Assembly: GCF_042427575.1 (NCBI RefSeq)
Contig: NZ_JBHMFD010000007.1
Coordinates: 44,647-68,646, forward strand
Length of the DNA: 24,000 nucleotides
From: Bergeyella porcorum
GTDB taxonomy: Bacteria > Bacteroidota > Bacteroidia > Flavobacteriales > Weeksellaceae
Direction of reading: 5' to 3'
Shown: positions 1 through 8,520 of the stretch, one piece after another
How positions within the stretch are numbered: the first letter of the stretch is position 1
Layout of the letters: each line of letters begins with the position of its first letter
Program-made: the position numbers and the translations under genes
The notes under the pieces: generated by a model
What the model saw: the letters and a program-made list of their open reading frames with translations, nothing else
Told to the model about the DNA's origin: nothing
Database searches by the model: none

Positions 1-718
1 TAATATTCTTTAACTCATCTGCTGGCATTTCTGAAAAGCCTGGAAGTTGTTGAAAAAACGCTTCTGGATTTTCTTGATATTTTTGCTTCATCTTCTTAAA
101 CTTCTCATAATCTACTTTTATAGCCTTCAGTTTCAATTTATCAAAAAACTCCAATCTCATTGGCTTTTCAATTTTCTGAATATTAATAAGTTCAAAGACA
201 TAATCTTTCTTGCTATCTTCTACACTAAATACCAATCCTGGCAATCCTTTGAACTTATATGGTCCATCTTGAATCTGAACATCTTTTGAAAACCACGCTG
301 TCCATTCTCTTCCTGCAAAATGAGTCATTGCCTTTTGCAAGGTATATTGCTCTACTTTTTTAGTTTCATTGATAACTTTCCATTTCAGTTCACGAGGTTC
401 CACTGTAGATAATCTCATCATTCCCAGCATATCCATAAAACCCATTTCCTGCGTTTTGTGATTTTTCATTACCACAAAATCTATTTTTTGGTTCAACACA
501 CTACTTGCTCTTCCGCCTCGCTCCATCACAGAATCTGCCTTCACATAAGTGGCGGGATAGAAGATAGTTTCTCCATCAGCAAAATCCAAGTTAAAGAGTT
601 CTGTCTGAACAAAATCTCTATTCAGAGAATCTATTTTAAATACCACTTGATACTGAAACCTATTTTGAGCAGATAAAAAACCACTCACCATTAAGATAAT
701 AACAAAAATATTCTTCAT
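1..718 (-). CDS. GLPGLI family protein (N-terminal ~239 codons; C-terminus runs off the left edge of the window)
   Basis: Own minus-strand translation from the ATG (complement of 716-718) gives MKNIFVIILMVSGFLSAQN..., a signal peptide. The frame is open down to position 2 and contains ...GPYKFKGLPGLVFSVED..., matching the GLPGLI signature of a paralogous family common in Flavobacteriales. It is absent from the ORF track because no stop codon lies in the window. Confidence 0.8.
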   Translation of the reverse strand, partial: MKNIFVIILMVSGFLSAQNRFQYQVVFKIDSLNRDFVQTELFNLDFADGETIFYPATYVKADSVMERGGRASSVLNQKIDFVVMKNHKTQEMGFMDMLGMMRLSTVEPRELKWKVINETKKVEQYTLQKAMTHFAGREWTAWFSKDVQIQDGPYKFKGLPGLVFSVEDSKKDYVFELINIQKIEKPMRLEFFDKLKLKAIKVDYEKFKKMKQKYQENPEAFFQQLPGFSEMPADELKNI

Positions 719-729
719 AACTATTATTT

Positions 730-993
730 TTAATTTTGATACTTTTTTCTAAAATGCTTAATACTCATTACAAGTACAGCTGATAACAAAAGTAGCATTT
801 GGAAAATTTTCAAGTTGAGAATTTGACTATAAAGAGATTCCCAAACTAAAATACCTAAATGATATAGGAAAAATACACTCAATATAGAGAGAATCCCCAA
901 CTGCCAATTTCTAGTTTTAAGAAATTCCAACTTTTTATTCCATTTTAAAACTAAAAACATTAACACCAAAACCATTAAAATAAACTCATTCAT
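730..993 (-). CDS. small hydrophobic membrane protein (about 3 predicted TM segments), hypothetical
   Basis: 87-aa ORF ending 11 nt upstream of the GLPGLI gene on the same strand. It has three hydrophobic stretches (FILMVLVLMFLVL, LGILSILSVFFLYHLGILVW, MLLLLSAVLVM). No family recognised. Confidence 0.5.
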   Translation of the reverse strand: MNEFILMVLVLMFLVLKWNKKLEFLKTRNWQLGILSILSVFFLYHLGILVWESLYSQILNLKIFQMLLLLSAVLVMSIKHFRKKYQN

Positions 994-1174
994 ATTTCAA
1001 AAATTTTAAGGTTACCTTTCAGCCAATAAATATAAGAAAAAAAATCAATATGCCAAATCCTTTTATTTTTTTTTTAACTTCTCTCTCATTCTCACCTAAG
1101 TCATTATTTTTCATTATTTTTGTAGCAGCAAAAAAATCAGCGGTATAAATATTTGCAAATTCAAAAAATATATA

Positions 1175-1182
1175 TATCTTTG
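1175..1182 (+). promoter_or_regulatory. Bacteroidetes -7 promoter box TATCTTTG (TAnnTTTG) for yceD-rpmF
   Basis: Perfect match to the TAnnTTTG consensus, 13 nt upstream of the ATG at 1195. Confidence 0.5.
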
Positions 1183-1194
1183 CAACCTCATTTT

Positions 1195-1713
1195 ATGGAT
1201 AAGTTTAAAAATTATGATATCGTATTTTCTGGATTAAAGGAAGGAAAACACGAGTTCCAATTTGAGATTAAACAAGCGTTCTTTGAACTTTTTGAGACTG
1301 AACAAGAATTTTCTAACCCAAGAGTAGAAGCCAATATCCTAATGGACAAACACTCTACCTTTCTTGAGTTTTGGATTAGCACCAAAGGCTGGGTTACATT
1401 ACAATGCGACATCAGCAATGATGCGTTTGACTATAATGTAGAGAACGAAATGAAACTTTTGGTAAAATTCGGTGAAGAATATGACGATAGCAATGAAGAA
1501 GTGATTACCATACCTAGTACGGACTACGCTTTCAATATTGCCCAGATGATTTATGAAAGCATCATATTATCTATCCCGATGAAAAAACTTTCACCTAACC
1601 TGAAAGAGGAAGATTTAGAAATAATAGAACAGTACAGCCCCAAAGAGCAAGAAGACTCCACCGAAGACCATATAGACCCTAGGTGGGAAGCATTAAAGAA
1701 ATTAAAAAAATAA
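1195..1713 (+). CDS. yceD: YceD/DUF177 family protein (large-subunit ribosome maturation accessory protein)
   Basis: Lies directly upstream of rpmF, the conserved yceD-rpmF synteny. Size and acidic C-terminal region are typical of DUF177. The start is trimmed from the track's TTG (1153) to the ATG at 1195 (MDKFKNYDIVFSGLKEGKHEF...), because the -7 box lies inside the longer ORF. Confidence 0.8.
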   Translation: MDKFKNYDIVFSGLKEGKHEFQFEIKQAFFELFETEQEFSNPRVEANILMDKHSTFLEFWISTKGWVTLQCDISNDAFDYNVENEMKLLVKFGEEYDDSNEEVITIPSTDYAFNIAQMIYESIILSIPMKKLSPNLKEEDLEIIEQYSPKEQEDSTEDHIDPRWEALKKLKK

Positions 1714-1775
1714 AATAAATAGTTTAAATATGATGAGATGATGAATCTCATCGCTCATCAAAAAAATTATTAGAA

Positions 1776-1979
1776 ATGGCACATCCAAAGAGAAGACAAT
1801 CAAGCACAAGAAGAGACAAAAGAAGAACACATTACAAAGCAGTAGTTCCTCAATTGGCTAAAGATGCAACTACAGGTGAATTACACCTTTACCACAGAGC
1901 ACATTGGCACGAAGGTAAACTTTACTACAGAGGAAAAGTAGTAATGGAAAAAGAAACTGAAACTACTGAAGAGAACTAA
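1776..1979 (+). CDS. rpmF: 50S ribosomal protein L32
   Basis: [22 protein letters not shown]... is the canonical L32 N-terminus. The protein is 67 aa. Confidence 0.97.
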   Translation: MAHPKRRQSSTRRDKRRTHYKAVVPQLAKDATTGELHLYHRAHWHEGKLYYRGKVVMEKETETTEEN

Positions 1980-2010
1980 AAATCATTGGTTAAACTTCAT
2001 TTTCATACAA

Positions 2011-2056
2011 AAGCCACTCATTTTTCTAAAAAATTGAGTGGCTTTTTGTTTTTTTT
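2011..2056 (+). terminator. intrinsic terminator after rpmF
   Basis: Perfect stem GCCACTCA (2013-2020) / TGAGTGGC (2035-2042), extended by A/T pairs and followed by TTTTTGTTTTTTTT. Confidence 0.85.
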
Positions 2057-2058
2057 CG

Positions 2059-2066
2059 TATTTTTG
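2059..2066 (+). promoter_or_regulatory. -7 promoter box TATTTTTG for accB-accC
   Basis: Perfect TAnnTTTG match, 21 nt upstream of the accB ATG at 2088 and immediately after the rpmF terminator. Confidence 0.5.
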
Positions 2067-2087
2067 GGCACTATTCAAATAAGTATT

Positions 2088-2573
2088 ATGGACATTAGAG
2101 AAATACAAAACCTGATCAAATTTGTATCTAAAGCTGAAGTATCAGAAGTTAAATACAAAACAAAAGATTTTGAAATTACCATTAAAACGCCATTGGCGGG
2201 TAATGAAGCTGTAAACTTTGTACCTCAGCCACAAGTTTTCCAAACGGCTCCAGTAGCTCCTGCTCCAGTAGCGGCAGCTCCTGCAACTCCGGTAGCTACA
2301 GAAAAAGCAGAAACTCCGGCAGATGATAGTAAATTTATCACCATTAAATCTCCTATGATTGGAACTTTCTACAGAAAACCGTCCCCAGATAAAGACCCTT
2401 TTGTAAATGTGGGAGATGCTGTTTCTGAAGGAAAAGTGGTTTGCGTGATAGAAGCTATGAAACTTTTCAACCAGATAGAATCTGAGGTTTCTGGAAAAAT
2501 CGTGAAGATTTTAGTAGATGATGCAACGCCTGTAGAATACGATCAACCGTTATTCTTGGTAGATCCATCTTAG
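2088..2573 (+). CDS. accB: acetyl-CoA carboxylase biotin carboxyl carrier protein
   Basis: Biotinyl-lysine motif [15 protein letters not shown], a Pro/Ala-rich linker ([17 protein letters not shown]) and position directly upstream of accC. The start is trimmed to [12 protein letters not shown]... at 2088, because the track's 1986 TTG start would run through the rpmF terminator. Confidence 0.95.
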   Translation: MDIREIQNLIKFVSKAEVSEVKYKTKDFEITIKTPLAGNEAVNFVPQPQVFQTAPVAPAPVAAAPATPVATEKAETPADDSKFITIKSPMIGTFYRKPSPDKDPFVNVGDAVSEGKVVCVIEAMKLFNQIESEVSGKIVKILVDDATPVEYDQPLFLVDPS

Positions 2574-2644
2574 AAATTAGTAATTTGAAAATGAGCTAAT
2601 TAGATAATTTTAAATTCTCAAATTCAAAAGGTAAACATTACTAA

Positions 2645-2672
2645 ATTAACTAATTATCAGATTAACTAATTA
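2645..2672. repeat. 12-bp perfect direct repeat ATTAACTAATTA x2 (16-bp period) just upstream of accC
   Basis: Positions 2645-2656 and 2661-2672 are identical. A related ATTACTAAATTA lies at 2637-2648 and the palindrome CTAATTAG at 2596-2603. Confidence 0.6.
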
Positions 2673-2677
2673 AAATT

Positions 2678-4030
2678 ATGTTCAAAAAAATATTAATAGC
2701 CAATCGTGGTGAAATCGCAATGCGTATTCTACGCACTTGCAGGGAAATGGGAATCAAAACGGTTGCAGTATATTCTACGGCAGACAAAGATAGTCTCCAC
2801 GTGAGATTTGCAGATGAAGCCGTTTGTATAGGACCTGCAATGAGTAAGGATTCTTACCTTAATATTCCTAACATTCTTGCAGCTGCAGAAATCACCAATG
2901 CAGACGCCATCCATCCAGGGTATGGCTTCTTGTCTGAAAATGCTAATTTCTCCAGAATTTGCCAGAAAAATGGTATCAAGTTCATTGGTGCTACCCCTGA
3001 GCAAATAGAGAAAATGGGAGATAAAGCCAATGCAAAAGCTACAATGAAAGCAGCAGGTGTATCTTGCGTACCTGGCTCTGATGGATTGATAGAATCTTAT
3101 GAAGAAGCTGCAAAAATAGCAGAAGAAATAGGCTATCCTGTGATGATAAAAGCTACTGCTGGTGGCGGTGGTAAAGGAATGCGTGCGGTGTGGAAAGCAG
3201 AGGATCTGAAAGATCATTGGGATTCTGCCATTCAGGAGGCTACGGCAGCCTTTGGCAATGGTGGGATGTATATGGAAAAACTCATCGAAGAGCCTCGCCA
3301 TATTGAAATTCAAATCGCGGGAGACCAATTTGGGAAAGCGTGTCACCTTTCGGAGAGAGATTGTTCTATCCAAAGAAGAAATCAGAAACTGGTGGAGGAA
3401 ACGCCATCACCTTTTATGACCGATGAACTTCGTCAAAAAATGGGAGATGCTGCGGTGAAAGCGGCTGAATTTATTGGCTACGAAGGGGTAGGTACTATTG
3501 AATTCTTGGTGGACAAACACAGAAATTTCTATTTTATGGAAATGAACACCAGAATCCAAGTAGAACACCCTATCACTGAACAAGTTATTGATTACGACTT
3601 GATTAGAGAACAGATTCTACTGGCAGCTGGTACGCCAATCTCTGGCATCAACCATTTTCCGAAACTGCACTCTATAGAATGTAGAATCAATGCGGAAGAT
3701 CCTTATGCAGATTTCCGTCCAAGCCCAGGAAAAATCAGTGGACTGAATATCCCAGGAGGGCACGGTATTAGAATTGATACCCACGTTTATTCTGGCTATA
3801 CCATTCCATCTAACTATGATTCTATGATTGCAAAACTCATCACTACGGCACAGACCAGAGAAGAGGCAATTGCAAAAATGAAACGAGCATTGGAAGAGTT
3901 TTATATCGATGGTATTAAAACTACTATTCCGTTCCATAGACAACTGATGGATGACCCAGATTTTGTGGAAGGTAACTATACCACCAAATTTATGGAGTCC
4001 TTTAAAATGGATAAAAATTACGATATGTAA
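2678..4030 (+). CDS. accC: acetyl-CoA carboxylase biotin carboxylase subunit
   Basis: The 450-aa product starts [26 protein letters not shown]. It has the ATP-grasp glycine loop [12 protein letters not shown] and the [15 protein letters not shown] motif, all hallmark AccC features. Confidence 0.98.
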   Translation: MFKKILIANRGEIAMRILRTCREMGIKTVAVYSTADKDSLHVRFADEAVCIGPAMSKDSYLNIPNILAAAEITNADAIHPGYGFLSENANFSRICQKNGIKFIGATPEQIEKMGDKANAKATMKAAGVSCVPGSDGLIESYEEAAKIAEEIGYPVMIKATAGGGGKGMRAVWKAEDLKDHWDSAIQEATAAFGNGGMYMEKLIEEPRHIEIQIAGDQFGKACHLSERDCSIQRRNQKLVEETPSPFMTDELRQKMGDAAVKAAEFIGYEGVGTIEFLVDKHRNFYFMEMNTRIQVEHPITEQVIDYDLIREQILLAAGTPISGINHFPKLHSIECRINAEDPYADFRPSPGKISGLNIPGGHGIRIDTHVYSGYTIPSNYDSMIAKLITTAQTREEAIAKMKRALEEFYIDGIKTTIPFHRQLMDDPDFVEGNYTTKFMESFKMDKNYDM

Positions 4031-4037
4031 AATCATT

Positions 4038-4064
4038 AAAACCGTCTTTTTGAGGCGGTTTTTT
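4038..4064 (+). terminator. intrinsic terminator after accC
   Basis: AAAACCGTC / loop TTTTTGA / GGCGGTTTT, with one G-U pair, running into a TTTTTT tract. Confidence 0.7.
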
Positions 4065-4102
4065 ATCAAATAAAAGATTTAAATCCAGTAAATATCATAC
4101 AA

Positions 4103-5350
4103 ATGTCAACAAAAAAGACTAAAAATTCTCAGTATTTCATAGACCTTGAAGACCAACACGGTGCTCACAACTACCACCCTCTTCCTGTAGTGCTAGACAA
4201 AGGAGAAGGCGTGTATGTGTGGGATGTGGAAGGAAAACAATATTTTGATTTTCTCTCCGCTTACTCTGCTGTAAACCAAGGGCATTCTCATCCTAAAATT
4301 GTGAATGCTTTGGTGGAACAAGCACAGACCCTAGCCCTTACTTCTAGAGCATTCTACAATTCTAAATTGGGAGAATACGAAAAGAAAATCACTTCATTGT
4401 TTGGTTTTGATAAAGTACTTCCGATGAACTCGGGAGCGGAAGCGGTAGAAACCGCCATCAAACTAGCCAGAAAATGGGCGTATGAGGTGAAAGGAATTAA
4501 AGGAAATAACGCTAAAATCATTGTTTGCGAAAATAACTTCCACGGAAGAACTACCACCATCGTTTCTTTCTCTAATGACCCTGATGCTCACAACAATTAC
4601 GGCCCTTTCACACCAGGATTCATCAAAATTCAATACAATGATTTGAAAGAATTGGAAGAGGTTTTATCAGGCGATGCAGAACATATTGCAGCATTTTTAG
4701 TAGAGCCTATTCAAGGTGAAGCGGGAGTCTATGTTCCAGATGAAGGGTTCTTAAAAGGTGCGTCAGAGCTTTGTAAAAAGCACAATGTTCTGTTCATTGC
4801 AGACGAGGTACAGACGGGAATTGCCAGAACGGGAAGACTCATCGCTTGTCATCACGAGGAGGTTCAGCCAGATATTCTTATTTTAGGAAAAGCCCTTTCT
4901 GGAGGGATGTATCCTGTATCTGCGGTATTGGCAAATAACAACATTATGAAGGTGATTCATCCAGGGCAGCACGGCTCTACCTTTGGTGGTAATCCGTTGG
5001 CTTGTGCCGTGGCAATGGCAGCTCTAGATGTGGTAGAAGAAGAGCAACTCTCCGAGAGAGCAGAAAAACTGGGGAACATCTTCCGTTCAGAGATGAATAA
5101 AATCATCGCTAAAACCGATTTGGTACATTCTGTAAGAGGAAAAGGACTGCTGAATGCCATTATCATCAATGATAGCCAAGACAGCCCTACAGCGTGGAAT
5201 CTCTGCGTAGCTCTGAAAGAGAATGGTTTATTAGCCAAGCCTACCCACGGCAATATCATCCGTTTGGCACCTCCTTTGGTAATCACAGAGGAGCAACTGA
5301 TGGAATGCATTGCTATTATTGAAAAAACAATTTTAGAGTTTGGTAAATAG
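4103..5350 (+). CDS. rocD: ornithine--oxo-acid aminotransferase (class III PLP aminotransferase)
   Basis: ...[48 protein letters not shown]... is the characteristic OAT N-terminal region. The DEVQTG motif and PLP-lysine context ILGKALSGG are present. Confidence 0.92.
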   Translation: MSTKKTKNSQYFIDLEDQHGAHNYHPLPVVLDKGEGVYVWDVEGKQYFDFLSAYSAVNQGHSHPKIVNALVEQAQTLALTSRAFYNSKLGEYEKKITSLFGFDKVLPMNSGAEAVETAIKLARKWAYEVKGIKGNNAKIIVCENNFHGRTTTIVSFSNDPDAHNNYGPFTPGFIKIQYNDLKELEEVLSGDAEHIAAFLVEPIQGEAGVYVPDEGFLKGASELCKKHNVLFIADEVQTGIARTGRLIACHHEEVQPDILILGKALSGGMYPVSAVLANNNIMKVIHPGQHGSTFGGNPLACAVAMAALDVVEEEQLSERAEKLGNIFRSEMNKIIAKTDLVHSVRGKGLLNAIIINDSQDSPTAWNLCVALKENGLLAKPTHGNIIRLAPPLVITEEQLMECIAIIEKTILEFGK

Positions 5351-5358
5351 AAACAACA

Positions 5359-5394
5359 TTTTCCCTCTTTCTTTTAGAAAGGGGGAAAGTTTTT
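5359..5394. terminator. bidirectional hairpin terminator between convergent rocD and the GT4 gene
   Basis: TTTCCCTCTTTC / loop TTTTA / GAAAGGGGGAAA forms a 12-bp stem with one G-U pair. It is followed by GTTTTT on the plus strand and has an A/T-rich flank on the minus strand. It overlaps the GT4 stop codon. Confidence 0.75.
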
Positions 5395-6538
5395 AACTGG
5401 CAAACATCTTTATCCATAAAGAAAACGGTTTTTCTTCTAATGTCATTTGCCTTAAATTTTCGTAGGCATTTTCTGACAACCTTTTCATAAGGTTATTATC
5501 TTCGATTAATTGGGCAATATGTTTTGCCAAATCTTGGGCATCGTTTTTAGGAGATACTAGTGCTGTTTCATAGTGTATTCCCATATCTCTGATGCCTCCA
5601 TCGCTATCTGTTATCGCAATAGCATTACCTTGGGTAATTGCTTCAGCAATAGCCATAGAAAACCCTTCACAATTGGACACATTGATGGAAATTTTACTCA
5701 ATGCCAATTCTGCTTCCACATTCTTCACAAACCCCTTAAAATCAACATTTTTAACATTATACCTTTCGCAATATCTTTTCATCTTAGACTCTAAACCACC
5801 ACTTCCTAAGATGACCAATCGCCAATTAGGATATTTTTCTGCTATCAATTCCCAAGCCTTTAATGCTAAGAAAGCATTTTTATGCCTACTTTCTAATCTG
5901 GAAACTAAAGTAATCCGATTTTGCTTGTTCGATGCTATCCGTTCATTCAACAATATCGGGTTGTGAATCACTTTAATCTTATTGACAATGGTATTTTCTC
6001 CTCGGAAAAGATGTTTCAGCTCATCAGCAGAGCCATTGCTTACACAGAATAGACCTTGCGGGGAAGATTGAATAAATTTTCTAAGCTTGCTCTTTTTAAA
6101 CGGGTACACAATACTAGCCAATAGTCTTTTCAAAAGATTAGCGTGTTCCGCATCGGGGTACTTTCTGAGATAAGCATACGGCGAGCCGTGGTATTGCGGA
6201 TACGCTTTACAGTTTGCCAATTTTGCTGCTTTCAAAACTTCCAAACCAATGGTCATATTATCGCCTTGAAAAATCAAGTGCTGGATATTTTGTTGTTTCA
6301 AATAATTCCCAAATTCCTCCGCGAAGCCTTTTTTCCGACCTAAAATTTTCAAATCTTTTACCGCAGGATAACCCATCGCTGGCTGCTGGTTGTCCGCTTT
6401 TAATGATATCAAATACAGATGTTGAAATCCTTGTTCTGAAAACTCTCGCATCAGATTGGCTGTAACACGCTCTACTCCCCCGCCCGAGGAATAATCTATG
6501 ATGAAAAATCCTATATTAGCATTACTGTATCTATCCAT
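5393..6538 (-). CDS. glycosyltransferase family 4 (GT-B fold, Glycos_transf_1 type)
   Basis: E-x7-E motif CEGFSMAIAEA in the C-terminal half and the N-terminal IDYSSGGGVERV glycine-rich start typical of GT4 enzymes. The start is trimmed to MDRYSNANIGFFII... (complement of 6536-6538). Confidence 0.85.
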   Translation of the reverse strand: MDRYSNANIGFFIIDYSSGGGVERVTANLMREFSEQGFQHLYLISLKADNQQPAMGYPAVKDLKILGRKKGFAEEFGNYLKQQNIQHLIFQGDNMTIGLEVLKAAKLANCKAYPQYHGSPYAYLRKYPDAEHANLLKRLLASIVYPFKKSKLRKFIQSSPQGLFCVSNGSADELKHLFRGENTIVNKIKVIHNPILLNERIASNKQNRITLVSRLESRHKNAFLALKAWELIAEKYPNWRLVILGSGGLESKMKRYCERYNVKNVDFKGFVKNVEAELALSKISINVSNCEGFSMAIAEAITQGNAIAITDSDGGIRDMGIHYETALVSPKNDAQDLAKHIAQLIEDNNLMKRLSENAYENLRQMTLEEKPFSLWIKMFAS

Positions 6539-6561
6539 ATAACTTAGTTTCCATATTCTTA

Positions 6562-6579
6562 CAAAAATACATATTTTTG
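6562..6579. promoter_or_regulatory. back-to-back -7 promoter boxes forming a perfect palindrome CAAAAATA-CA-TATTTTTG
   Basis: TATTTTTG (6572-6579, plus) lies 17 nt before the ATG at 6596. Its exact reverse complement (6562-6569) reads TATTTTTG on the minus strand, 24 nt before the GT4 ATG at 6538. Confidence 0.55.
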
Positions 6580-6595
6580 CCAAAAGACATTTTAA

Positions 6596-7387
6596 ATGAA
6601 AGTTTCCCTTATCATTGCCACATATAATTGGAAAGAAGCTCTAGAATTAGTCCTAAAAAGTGTTTTAAAACAAAAAATACTTCCCAACGAAGTTCTTATT
6701 GCTGATGATGGCTCCAGAGAGGACACCAGACAGCTAATAGAGGCTTATCAGAACATATTCCCTATTCCACTTCATCATATTTGGCACGAAGATGAGGGTT
6801 TTCGTCTATCTGCGATTAGAAACAAAGCAATAGCAAAGGCAAAATATGAGTACATCATCCAGATAGATGGTGATGTGGTTTTACATCCTAATTTTGTGGG
6901 CGACCACAAGAGACTCGCACAGAAAGATTGTTTCATCACAGGTTCCCGAGTACTTTTAAGCCCAGAAACTACGGCTATCGCTTTTCAGAAAAAAAACATT
7001 CATTTCAATCTGTTTACAAAGGGTATCAGCAATAGATTTAATGCAATATATTGCCCTTTTTTCAATGTCTTTTCCAAGCCTCAAAATAGCCCAATAGAAA
7101 AAATGACCAGCAGAATACGAGGCTGTAATATGAGTTTTTGGAAAAAAGACTTAATGGAAATCAACGGCTACGATGAAGATTTTGTAGGTTGGGGTAGAGA
7201 AGATTCAGACATCGTTATCCGACTAATCAAGAAAGGGTGTTTCCGAAAAAAAGTTAAATTAGCGGCTGTACAGTACCATCTCTATCATAAAGAACACTCT
7301 AAAGATAATCTAGAAGCCAATCATACCCTTATGGAAAAAGCCCTGAAAGACAGCAATTATAAAGCAAAAAATGGAATTATAAAATGA
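6596..7387 (+). CDS. glycosyltransferase family 2 (GT-A fold) with galactosyltransferase-like C-terminal region
   Basis: MKVSLIIATYNWKEALELVLKSVLKQ...LIADDGSREDT is the GT2 N-terminal signature. A D-x-D-like QIDGD is present, and the C-terminal NGYDEDFVGWGREDSDIVIRL resembles the Glyco_transf_7C segment. Confidence 0.85.
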   Translation: MKVSLIIATYNWKEALELVLKSVLKQKILPNEVLIADDGSREDTRQLIEAYQNIFPIPLHHIWHEDEGFRLSAIRNKAIAKAKYEYIIQIDGDVVLHPNFVGDHKRLAQKDCFITGSRVLLSPETTAIAFQKKNIHFNLFTKGISNRFNAIYCPFFNVFSKPQNSPIEKMTSRIRGCNMSFWKKDLMEINGYDEDFVGWGREDSDIVIRLIKKGCFRKKVKLAAVQYHLYHKEHSKDNLEANHTLMEKALKDSNYKAKNGIIK

Positions 7388-8370
7388 AAAAAAATGTTCT
7401 TTTAATAATGCCCAAACACGCCTCCATACACGAGCTGATTATAAAAAATATAGAATATGTAGGCTACAATGTTACGTTTTTTAGTGAACCAGATTTTAAG
7501 TATAAAAGTATTGGTCAGCGATTAGATAATTTTTTTAGAAAAACCTTTTTAGGACAAAAAGATTACAAAGACCGCCTAAAAATGCAATATCGAGAGCAAG
7601 CTTTCGTCAGAGATATTTATTCTTCTCAACCCATTTTTGATTTCGCATTGGTCATTCGCCCAGATTTATACGGGGAAAATATTCCTAAATATCTAAAAAA
7701 AATCTGCAAAAAAATCATCGCTTACCAATGGGATGGCTTTTCTAGGTTTAAATTAACCGACAATATCATCAATAGCTATGATACCTTTGCTGTATTTGAC
7801 AATGATGACTTTGAACAATATTCTACACAGTATCCCCATCTCATCTCCACCAATAATTTTTACTTTGATTATCTTCCTATTCCTGCAAAAAAATACGATT
7901 TTTACTATATTGGGACTTTACAAGATGACCGTCTAGAAGTAATTACTAGAATATCCAATATGCTAAAGCAAGGTGAGTTTAATAATTCTTTTACTTTATT
8001 TGACATTACAGGAAAACAAAGCAAAAAGCACCCCGACATAAACATTACTCATAGAGAAATATCGTATAAAGAAATCTTGAAGAACTCCAGCGAATTCAAT
8101 GTCCTTATTGACCTAAAAACGAGCTGTCACAACGGATTATCGCTTCGTTTCTTCGAGGCTCTACATTTTTCACAAAAAATCATCACCAATAATGAAACGG
8201 TAAAGAATATGGACTTTTACCACGAAAATAACCATCTCGTTTTCAATACTATTGACCAACTCAATTACGAGACTATCATAAATTTCCTACAAAAACCTTA
8301 TATCAAACCATCTGATGACATCGTACAAAAATATAGCTTTATAAATTGGCTAAAATCACTAACTGTTTAA
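7384..8370 (+). CDS. hypothetical protein translationally coupled to the GT2 gene; possible divergent GT-B-like glycosyltransferase
   Basis: ATGA start/stop overlap with the GT2 gene (7384-7387). The ORF is 328 aa and very AT-rich. The only motif I recognise is a C-terminal ...GLSLRFFEALHFSQKIITNN...FYHENNHLVF..., reminiscent of Glyco_trans_1_2/CgeB-like GT-B C-terminal domains; this is a weak recollection-based similarity. Confidence 0.7.
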   Translation: MKKNVLLIMPKHASIHELIIKNIEYVGYNVTFFSEPDFKYKSIGQRLDNFFRKTFLGQKDYKDRLKMQYREQAFVRDIYSSQPIFDFALVIRPDLYGENIPKYLKKICKKIIAYQWDGFSRFKLTDNIINSYDTFAVFDNDDFEQYSTQYPHLISTNNFYFDYLPIPAKKYDFYYIGTLQDDRLEVITRISNMLKQGEFNNSFTLFDITGKQSKKHPDINITHREISYKEILKNSSEFNVLIDLKTSCHNGLSLRFFEALHFSQKIITNNETVKNMDFYHENNHLVFNTIDQLNYETIINFLQKPYIKPSDDIVQKYSFINWLKSLTV

Positions 8371-8491
8371 TATACTCTTTTCAATAAACATAGAAGCTCC
8401 ACATCGCTTTACCCAGCTTCATTAATCCCGCGTTCTTCCCTTTCTTGCATACATTCCTCATCACTAGGCTTATCAAATTATTTTTAATCCT

Positions 8492-8499
8492 TAAATTTG
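8492..8499 (+). promoter_or_regulatory. -7 promoter box TAAATTTG for gltX
   Basis: Perfect TAnnTTTG match, 21 nt upstream of the ATG at 8521. The track's TTG start at 8497 is part of this box. Confidence 0.5.
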
Positions 8500-8520
8500 T
8501 ACCTTCAAAAAATAAAAACA

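Noticed and set aside
47-676. Plus-strand ORFs of 80 aa and 72 aa at the left edge
   Set aside because: They are antisense to the edge-truncated GLPGLI-family gene, which is open across 2-718 on the minus strand. Their translations are low-complexity Leu/Phe/Ile strings.
2729-4069. Long minus-strand ORFs (214 aa and 150 aa) antisense to accC
   Set aside because: They lie entirely inside the unambiguous accC reading frame. Their translations are Cys/Arg/Phe-rich nonsense typical of shadow ORFs opposite a well-conserved gene.
8371-8496. Relatively GC-rich, CT-rich spacer before gltX with a weak inverted repeat (GAAGCT 8393-8398 / AGCTTC 8415-8420); considered as terminator, sRNA or gene remnant
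   Set aside because: The stem is only 6 bp with a 16-nt loop and no T-tract. There is no convincing ORF on either strand (longest about 16 codons) and no recognisable RNA motif.
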